A stretch of DNA of 54,444 bases, the filler included, from Sphacelaria rigidula (Eukaryota): NCBI GenBank assembly GCA_964200075.2. It is 4 parts of 4 records of this genome, joined end to end, with 100 filler letters (N's around TTAATTAATTAA, not from the genome) between each part and the next. Parts side by side here need not be neighbours in the genome. Positions count along the whole stretch, not along the records: positions 40,912 to 54,444 come from CAXNAA020002823.1; 3 more parts are not named here. One strand, written 5' to 3'. This document shows positions 45,740 through 54,444 of the stretch, one piece after another. Below the pieces are notes generated by a model. That model ran no database searches, was not told where the DNA came from, and saw nothing but the letters and a program-made list of their open reading frames with translations. The translations under genes and the position numbers were made by a program. Position 1 is the stretch's first letter, and each line of letters opens with the position of its first letter.

Positions 45740-48700
45740 TTGTAGGTGTGGGCCGGGATAATATCAATAGCAGGTTCTCGAGTCTATGTGAGTACGGTAC
45801 AACCATGGTCGTATAGAGTGTCGGGATCTGGAAAAATTGCGAGGTACATTTTGGGTTCTACGTGTGATCACGCCTCTGGTATCGACATGGATGTCGGACG
45901 AACTCTCTCATCAAGGGTTCTCCAGGGTGTTCGCACAGGTACATCTTTCCTCTTCCTCGTGCCAAGGTAATCATTCATCTCCAAAACGCCTCGCTATAAA
46001 ACTCGGAACAAAACAACTAGTTTTTTTCAAACTCGGTCTCGGTAAGCACAGCGAAGTGAAATATGAAGACAACATCGACGGGAAGTCTGTGGGCCATGAA
46101 TACGAGCTGTACGTTTCACCGGAACTGTACTCGTGCCTAAATTCCACAGTTGTAGTTCCTCCTTCAGTCTACTACTTATTGACTGCACGACTCTACAGGA
46201 AGAACCTTGTCTGCTCTCAGAAGTTTGGAGGGAGGGCTCAGAGTCAGTAGAACGAGTGCATCACAGAACACGCTAACCTGCACCACAAGGGATGGGAACA
46301 GTAGAGAGGTACGTACACACCAGTGGTGAAAGACCTTTGTATGAAAGCGAAACGCACAGCAACTTCCAAGCTTTCACCACCTCGTCGTCAGGGCAAGATA
46401 TATCTCCACTTTTGTTCCCCACTCTTATAGGGAGACAACACCCAACCTGAGCTAAGGACGCGATATTGGGCACCCCGACTACACAGCGTGAACAGAGAAG
46501 CGTTGTTCTCCATCTCTCACCATTTTTTTGTCCGACACAGCAGCACCCGTGCTCCAGGCAACCATCTCCTCCAGACGTTTCCTGGCGTCCTCCTTGGCCT
46601 CCGCTGTGGTTGGTTCCCTTGGTTCTGCTTGCTCAGCCATGATTGATTCCTAACTCTAGCGCTTCCTCGAGCGTGCGATTAACTCTCTCCCTACAGTCTC
46701 AAGTCTCTCTCTCTGTCTGTGCTGCGTACCGATATGAGCTCCTTACCGGAAAGCCGAGATTTTTTAGCGCCGTCAGAGGAACTCACTTTAAGCTACCACG
46801 ACACCAGATGTTCAAGATTTTTTCTTCTAGAGGTTGAGTAGAGGGACCCCAGGAGGTTGTGATGGGGGTGCAGGGAAAGAGCTTTCTGCTTCGCTTCTGC
46901 TGAGTCTTCTTGCTCCTCAGGCGGCACAGAGATTGAGCCACGGGGACATAAAACGGGCTTCTCGTTCAAATGGCGGCGAAATCATTGAGCCAATCAAAAC
47001 GCGGAATATGTCCTATGTCAAAATGAAGTAATACGCAGGATTAATATTGGGTGTCACCCGCCTCTCACTATAGCCCCTCTTCGGCACACCTAAATTATAG
47101 CCGGTTTTGCATCCAGGAGCAGCACAAGCAGCAGGCGGAGTAGGAGGAGCAGCGGAGGCCAACAAGGGAAAACGCCCCTATCTGTTACACCAGAGATTTA
47201 GATACTCTTTTGCAGCGATACGGATTCCATCATTATCTCGCAGGTGGAAGCGTTGTTCGCTGGTTTAAAGTCGCCAGCATTCCAGCTGCTCCTGTAGAGC
47301 GAGTCAAACATCACCAGGAGGGGCAGCGGCGCCGGCGATAGCAGCAAGGAAGCAACGAGGCAACATATAAGTAGTCGTACACTCGAGCACAGCAGCGGCC
47401 ATATTTTGGAACACGCGAAAGGGGAAGGACAGAGGGAAGGAGGGACGATGGGAATCGAGACGATCTACTTCATCACCATTGTCGTGTTCAACATCTCAAT
47501 ATTCCACGAGCTAACATGGGGTGAGAGCTCTTGTCGAACTCCGTACACCCACTATTATACTACTTGTACTCTACTGTACTATTGTTGTCATCTGTACTTT
47601 TAATGAACAAACCGAGCAAACAGAAAAGCTCAGCTGTCAACTTGAGGTGGCGGGGAGAGGGGGTTTTGCCCGTTCTGACCCATCTCCCTGTGCAACTGGC
47701 AATCATTCCACTTTTGAGAGGTGTGACTGATACCGTGCTGTTCGCGTTGGCGACACATGTATCAACTGCATGAACATGTCAACATCAATGCATCTGTCCT
47801 TGGCCGTGACGCCTGCTGTCTTGTGTGCCTTTGTATCCTGGCACAAAACCTTGTAACGTGGGAACGAATTATTATACGAGCACATGTACTGTACAGTAGC
47901 GCTTACTGCACAGACAGTAGCTTGGCGTCATGCTGAGGATCCTCCCAAGTCAATGACAGGGATCTTTTCACGAACTAAAGTAACATGGCGATACAATGGG
48001 AGGGTTGGAGCTCGGGTTCCTCTCGGGTATGGGCGAAACAGGTCGTGCATTGCAAAGAGTGCATGCGCAGCAATTCGGTCGTCATCGTCGCTGACTGTAA
48101 TCTCTGTTGCACGTACAAAGCACCACCCTGCAGGTTTGGATTACCCCGTCATTCAGGCAGACGCTTCCCCGCTGGCTTTGGCAAGGTGAAAAATATTCTT
48201 GAAAATTACCGGCGACATATAGCAACCCTAGATCATATGGATCAGCTATTGGATGGGCGCTTGTGGTTGGCGTCGATACGGTGCAGGAAAGGTGCACTTC
48301 CTGTTGCAATGTGCTGCGGAGGGGGATACGTGATTGAAGAAACCAAAGGGTCGGCGATCGTTGTCAGACCTTCTGCTATAGCAATACAGTATGGTGTTTT
48401 TCAAACCATGGAGCACCGTCCAGAAATGGACACCTTGATGCTGTACATGTGCATGACACGCCTTGGTGGGGTCAACGAACTGGGCGCGGCGGTAGGAGGT
48501 AACGCCCTAACTGTTCTGCGTTCTACTGTACTGCACCGCGATGTATATATACCATCGCCGTTTGAACTTGAAGTGGACGTGGGGTACATTGAGTTTTGCA
48601 CACGACACGAGAGGCACGGTAAGGTATGGTGCAGAATAGTACATCAGCAAAGCCAGTAGTGAGGTGCACTCGTATGTGACGTAAGTTGCACTTCAACTTC

Positions 48701-49774
48701 ATCTTGACAAAAACATGCTACTTCTCTCCTCACCCATTTGCGGTTCACCTCCCAAAGATACTGTTGGGGTAACTCGGAGTAAATGAAAAGATTTTCGCGC
48801 GAAGCACGATCACGACCGAGCGTTTGAAAATCGGCACTCGGCAAAAATTGAGGAACCGTCTGAAATGAGGGGAACAACTATCACATGGGACATGTGCTGT
48901 TTCACCGTGCTGCAGCACAAACGCACTCACGCCCCCTCTCATTTGCTGTAGCTGTCACTGCGCTGTGGTGTGCTCGGACCTTCGTGAAGACGGTTTGGTC
49001 TCCGATCGCGTCAGTTGCTTGACTGTTCCTGTCTTCGTCTTCACAAAAAATGGGGTGAATGATGTTTGTCGGCATGCAGTGCTGTCTACATACCTTTGTG
49101 TGTTGGCTGTTTCGTCTTCCGTCAAACGAAAAAGGCATTTCCCCCACCCATCATTTCTATGCTGTAGTTGTCCCTGTGCTGTTGTGCATCTAAACACTCT
49201 TGCGATGCACATGGTGTGATGTTTGCTGGAGAGTGCCTGAACAGTTGAACAGTTGTACTGCTGCATGCCGTGTTTCGGACTGCACAGAATTTGGGTGGGA
49301 TCAAAGTGCTGTACACAAAGTTGAAACGATTACGTGCCGACTGGGCAGCTGTCTGTTGCATCTTCTTTGGTACTTCAGTTGTAGTCGGGTGCGGTGGTGA
49401 GAGAAACGGACGCGTGCAGGTTGGGGCAAACAAACTGAGCCAGGACGGAGCTGCTGTATCCCGAGCGATGGGTGGTAGCAGCTGTCTGACTGGCAGCGGC
49501 GCAATGAGTGGGCCAATCACAGCTAGTTGATCACTCAATTCCTACTCGACTCTCTCATCTGACTGAAGAAAGGTCGCCGCATTTTGGTATTTGGGATGTG
49601 CCAATCTACATGGATCTGTAGGTTTGACACTTTCTACGATTGGTCCCCCCCCCCAAAATGCATGGTTTTGCGAGGCAAAATCTTCACGTAAAATGAAATT
49701 GGAAAACCGAGCACAGCGAGAAGCTGGGAATTCCCACGTTTGGGTTCGTCCTAGCCAATGTCGCCAATATGAGG

Positions 49775-49784
49775 NNNNNNNNNN
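49775..49784. other. Intra-scaffold 10-N gap
   Basis: Both flanks carry TATGAGG, suggesting overlapping contig ends. Confidence 0.9.
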
Positions 49785-50029
49785 TATGAGGCGCTTCATG
49801 CAGCCTGAACCCAAACATCAGGCGCTGTATGGCCCTTTTTTTCGTGACACTTCTGAGCTGGTTTTTAGGGGGAGTATCGTGAAAAGTGTCGTTTCAGGCT
49901 TGTTCTTATCTCAATTTTGATCGTTGGAATTTCAAATTTGGTCGTACAAGTATGGAGAATCGCGATGGCATCACAAAAATAAGTAATTTTGGGATCGTGG
50001 AGACTTTTTTTACATGACCACGTTTCAAA

Positions 50030-50670
50030 GTAACCGAAAACGAATATCAATGACCCTAAATTACTTTTTTTGTAGGCAATATGCACGAAAGGTGCACCCT
50101 GGGGCTTTTGGAACAAAAAAGGGTAGCACATTTTTCGTTTCAGGGCGCGGCGCTGCACGCAGGCTGAGCACCTCGTAAACGCGATCCAGTGCCTCAGCCC
50201 CACGCCCACGGTGTCTGGGCAACTCGCCCAACCATTTTTCCTTCTTTATACGTGGTACTAGGCTCAACCCTTTTGGAACTCGCGAAAGACAGTACAAACT
50301 CCCATATGCGAGTTTTCGTCAGCGGGAAAACGTCACTCCGCGGTCGCTGCACGAATCTGTGACATGAGTATACTTGCACTCAGAGTGGTGCACCGTTTTG
50401 GCGGGCTGCATCATGAACAATTGCAGAAAAATAACCATATCTTGCCTGAAAAAACGTCAATTGTGAATCGTCACTTTTTCATCAACGGTTCCAAAAGGGT
50501 TAACTACAGGGCGCCGAAAAGGAGCCTGTGCGAGTACCCTTTTTTGTTCACAAACCACGAGGATACACCCTGCGCTCCGCTATAGAAATGAAGAAATTCT
50601 GTTACACTGTTTCGTTAACGTGTTGAACAAGCACATACCCCGTTTTACCTTCGTTTTTTCGTGAAGTGGT
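50030..50670. mobile_element. Old foldback/MITE-like element; boundaries approximate
   Basis: GAACAAAAAAGGGTA and AACCCTTTTGGAAC on the left have inverted counterparts GTTCCAAAAGGGTT and TACCCTTTTTTGTTC on the right. Confidence 0.55.
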
Positions 50671-50790
50671 GACCGTATCGCCGGCCCCCCAGAGGATTCA
50701 CCGAACAGCCACAGCCGTACAATCATATACCCATTTCTTGGTGAAGTTACACCTCACCAAAAAGGCCGAAACCCATCTGACAACAAATCG

Positions 50791-50812
50791 TAGGGTTAGG
50801 GTTAGGGTAGGG
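50791..50812 (+). repeat. Short interstitial telomere-like repeat
   Basis: TAGGG TTAGGG TTAGGG TAGGG. Confidence 0.75.
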
Positions 50813-50897
50813 TAACCCCCCCGCTGGTTGGCCCGCGGGCCCGGAAGGCCCGATGATGCGGACAAGGTTCGGGTTTCCAGGGGGCGGGGTTGGTGGT

Positions 50898-51960
50898 AGG
50901 CGTGCCCTATTTGCAGGTGGGGTAGGCAAGTGAGAGCGAGTAGGTCGCGAACGCCTCCAGAGCCAAATCCGCAAGGAACCCAATTTCAGATGCTGAACAC
51001 ACGAAACAGCAAGCGTACTACACAGCAGCTCACAGCAGGGCTGTAACACCGAACCTATTTTTCTTGTCGTAGGGCAGAATACCGCAAACGTAAGCGGCGA
51101 TGAGGTCTCTGCTCGACATTACCGGGAATAGTGAAGTGAATCGTTTTTTCTTGGAGCATCTCTTTGAGGCAACTTCTCAGAGAACAAAAATAATGTTGAT
51201 GCTGCGGCGTCATGGACAACAAGCCATCAACTGAGTGTTGAAACGTAATCCTGTCACGTGTGTGTGCGATTACGTAGCCACAACTGTCCACACCCGCCGC
51301 AACCTTTGTGCGGGAAAACAGTTCACATCCGGGCAGATGATGACATGGTGATGGATACTGCGGTACTCTGGGTACTTTTGTATACGATACACGGCCGTAT
51401 GCGCGCAAGGAGGGGAGTGTATTTGTGAAATCACACCCTCGTTGTAAGAGTACTACAAGTAGCGCTGCCTGCTGCCCGCTGTACAGGGCTTGTAGTGTCT
51501 TGTACAGTTGAAAAGTAGTAGTACGATACAGGGACACTACTACCACTCGTGCTGCCCCCTCTATAGCCTGCACAGTACACAGTGTACAGACAGCGTGATG
51601 TCTTGTACAACTGCAGTGCAACAGGCGGTATTTTTTATAGCAAGCAGCCGATGCGTATACGGTCGGTGTGTGCCAAGCATCCGTTCAATCGAGCATGCGC
51701 GGTGCTTGGTTGACCAAGAACACAGTGCGCCTGTTGGCTCGTCAATATCGAGTAGAGAGCTCATCGCCGCCGCCGTCGTATGTGGTCTCCTGCCCTACGA
51801 CAATATCCTTTTCCGCCTGCCCCGCTGTGGACTGCTGTGGAGTGCGATCGACCGTTCAGCACTTCCCATCAAAATTGGATTTATCATGGATTTGGTTCTG
51901 CAGGCGTTCACGACCTGCGCACTCTTATTTGCATACCCCACCTGCAAATAGGTTGGGCCT
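50898..51960. mobile_element. Non-autonomous TIR element, ~1.06 kb, with ~95-bp diverged TIRs
   Basis: CCTATTTGCAGGTGGGGTA.GCAA...GAACGCCT.CAGA.CCAAATCC at 50906 is inverted at ~51885-51952; no TSD resolved. Confidence 0.7.
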
Positions 51961-53407
51961 TCGTGGTGCAGTACTTTCCGCTGTCCTGATACCGGGTACT
52001 AAGCGTTTTCAACACTGAAAGGCGATAACAGGAGAGGGGAAGGAACCCAAAGAACGTTCCGAGAAAGAGAATCAGTGCCCGTGTAGCCCATCTTGATCAG
52101 CCTGAAAAATAAATGCAAACAACGCAAGCACTAGAGGGGTACGTGCCGAATCATACTCTACTCCAGGGTATACGGGGAATCGATTGTCGATAATACTCAG
52201 GCTCCCAGGGTAGATACATTTAGTACCTGGAGCATGACAACACCAAAACGTCCGTCATTTATTATACCCTCTTTCCCAATCATCGTCAAGATCTAACCGC
52301 AACGCCCCAAACGTTTCTGTGTGTCTGTCTCTCTCTGCGTGTTTGTTGCCCTGTATGCGCGTACCGTGCGTGTTGGGGTGTGCCCGTCGGAACTCATCGC
52401 ACAGCTCTGCTCAAAACGATCGTAGAACATCCGCATTCCGAGTAAACCAGCGTGACGGCGTTCAGCTTGGTGTTGGGAGGTGATGAAAACAGTTCTGGCG
52501 GTGGGGCATGAATTGGGGGAAAAAGTGTAGAAAAGGTTTGGACAGTGATGTTCGTTCAAGGTGGACACCCAAGGGACACCACGCGACGGGTCGTCCGGCG
52601 GTGGCGTTTTCTGGCGCGCTTTACTCTGTTCGACCAAGATGGCGATGGTGGGGGTGGGCGGGTGGGGAGAGTTAATTTCGCTCTTCTTGTTGGTGTGAAG
52701 CGACTTTTCCAGCCTGGAGCGGTACGCCCGTCGTTTACTGAATTCTATTCCCGAGATAAAACACAACAGGGATGAAATACAACCTTCTCTGGATAATAAC
52801 CACATGCGTAGTGGGCGATGACAAGCAGCAGCAGGAGCCTTGGGCATACTTGATTTTTAGGGGTAGGTAGTTTTTGTCACCTCGTAAATAGTTCTAAATG
52901 TTTTGGGAGTGTTTGCTTTTACACCCCACGGGGGTGGAGGGGTGGGTCGACACCACTGTATCCTCTATAAATAGCGAGAAGATCCTTTGATGCCCTGGGG
53001 ACATATTGAGGAATGCAAACCTTCACGAGGCCAAGAAGCAGGCACATGCCACGTGTACTGCAGACTACGTTGAGTAACACCCCCATGTGATTTTTAAATT
53101 GTATTTATTCCATCTACCGTCGATTTCATCGGCAGTTAAGACTGCACCGCGCCCAATGGACGACCCCGTCCATGGGATAGATGTTGGCAAGATACCCGTT
53201 GAGCTACGTACGAGTTTTGTCAGTGCTAGCACCGTGCAGGATTGAAGCTTGGGAAGGATAAAAGAGACCACATTAGTCATCAACAGGGACGAGTGGAGGG
53301 GGGGGGTTACAACCCCCCCCGTGTCACCTACCCATATCTTCGCTGTCCGATGAGGTGTAGAGCTACTGTGACGTGAGGGGGGTGGCCAGAGCGCGCGCGC
53401 GGGGGGG

Positions 53408-53500
53408 TGTACTCATGATCATGCATGACATAGTCATGAGACCGTTGACCTCGCATCCCTACAAAGCCGGAACGGAGCATGCCGGGTTTTCGCCGGACCA
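53408..53500 (-). mobile_element. ~93-bp non-autonomous retroposon homologous to the LINE 3' end (second copy)
   Basis: Reverse complement aligns with 15496-15588; ends TGAGTACA-C7; TSD CCCCCGCTCTGGCC (53501-53514) versus CCCCCCC(GC)4GCTCTGGCC (53384-53407). Confidence 0.8.
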
Positions 53501-54444
53501 GGCCAGAGCGGGGGTGACAGCTACAATCCGGCGGGGAGATTGTTCTCACCTCGCTCGTATTTGTACCCGATGCAGCCGTAATCAGCGCATGCGGTATTTC
53601 TGCTGCTGCTGGCACTGGAATTAGGAAAATACTATCGGCGGGAGCGCAATATTGTCGTGTCAAAGCATGCATCTCAGTTTGTTCGAGCACAGTAGTCTAA
53701 CACGTCAGGACGTGGGCGGGCGGACGGATGATGTTTTAGAAGGCAATTCGTGAGCTAATCTTGTACATTCTTATGCTTTATTTTTGGTTTATGAGGTAGA
53801 AGAATAGTCCGATACGAACGACACGGGGAAATAATAGGCGACGACGGCTGGAACCTCTTTTTGCAGTGCTTCGTTTCTCGCTATGCCGGGGTTGGTGTCG
53901 GATTGATTCAAGTCGGGGTTTTGGCGGTTTGGAGATTTCCGGGATGGGCATTAGCGGCAGCTTCTTCTTACGGGCATGCTGAACGTTTTCATGTGGCTCA
54001 CCGTCGATGACGTGCTGCACTGTAAGTATTTGTGTTTCGTGCTGCAGAAGAAAATTGTCGCTCCGTTTGCTCCCTCCTTTTTTTCTCTGTGTTTTGCTTC
54101 CGTGAATGTTTTCGCGCGATACAGCTTTGTGTGTGCGGGCGCGATTTAAGTATGCATGCAGTAAATGCCGTGGTCTCAGATGTTTCGTTGAAATTTTGGT
54201 TTGCTGTCGTGACGAATCTTCTGTATATGTGTTTTGTGTGGGAACGCTCTCATGCGAGTGCCCGTTATTGTCGTTAAGTCATGCTACGATAGGGGCGCGC
54301 GTGGAGGAGGGTATTGTCGTTGAGTGATGCTACGTCATGGGCGGGGCGGGGCGGCGGGGGGGGGGGGGGAGGGGTGGTTTCCCGAAAAGACAGGGAGCAC
54401 CAAGGGGGGGTCGGGGGGCCTAGTCGCAGCGAGGGGCGCCGGTG

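Noticed and set aside
47985-48659. 224-aa plus-strand ORF, and a PHVHF motif on the opposite strand as a Helitron/HUH Rep
   Set aside because: No domain recognised; the opposite frame has several stops and lacks the QxRG context and other Rep motifs.
54339-54420. G-rich tracts at the window end (also 13246-13271, 53298-53320)
   Set aside because: Low-complexity runs with no associated element end that I could identify.

Overview
Eukaryotic, repeat-saturated DNA, probably from a brown alga or related stramenopile (an inference from the repeat repertoire, not proven). The window is not contiguous. It is four contigs of 13,541, 13,536, 13,534 and 13,533 bp joined in decreasing size order by artificial 100-bp N44-TTAATTAATTAA-N44 spacers, so adjacency across spacers is meaningless. 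I can support no intact host gene. Contig 1 is mostly one decayed Ty3/Gypsy element on the minus strand (very long gag with CCHC knuckle; PR-RT-RH-IN-chromodomain plus an extra Tudor/PWWP-like C-terminal domain) interrupted by a MITE. Contig 2 holds a second, rearranged chromodomain Gypsy (3' LTR and PPT, RNase H deleted, part of the integrase zinc finger inverted) plus SINEs and MITEs. Contig 3 holds two copies of an APE-RT LINE carrying nested SINE, Harbinger-, hAT- and Tc1-type insertions with readable TSDs. Contig 4 is a mosaic of SINEs, MITEs, foldback elements and unassignable decayed ORFs. The most interesting signal is that the LINE family and a ~95-bp non-autonomous derivative share a 3' end (...GAGTAC[A]) and sit at oligo(C) tracts at four independent junctions, two of them with TSDs beginning in the C-run. 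This suggests an oligo(C)-targeting retroposition system.
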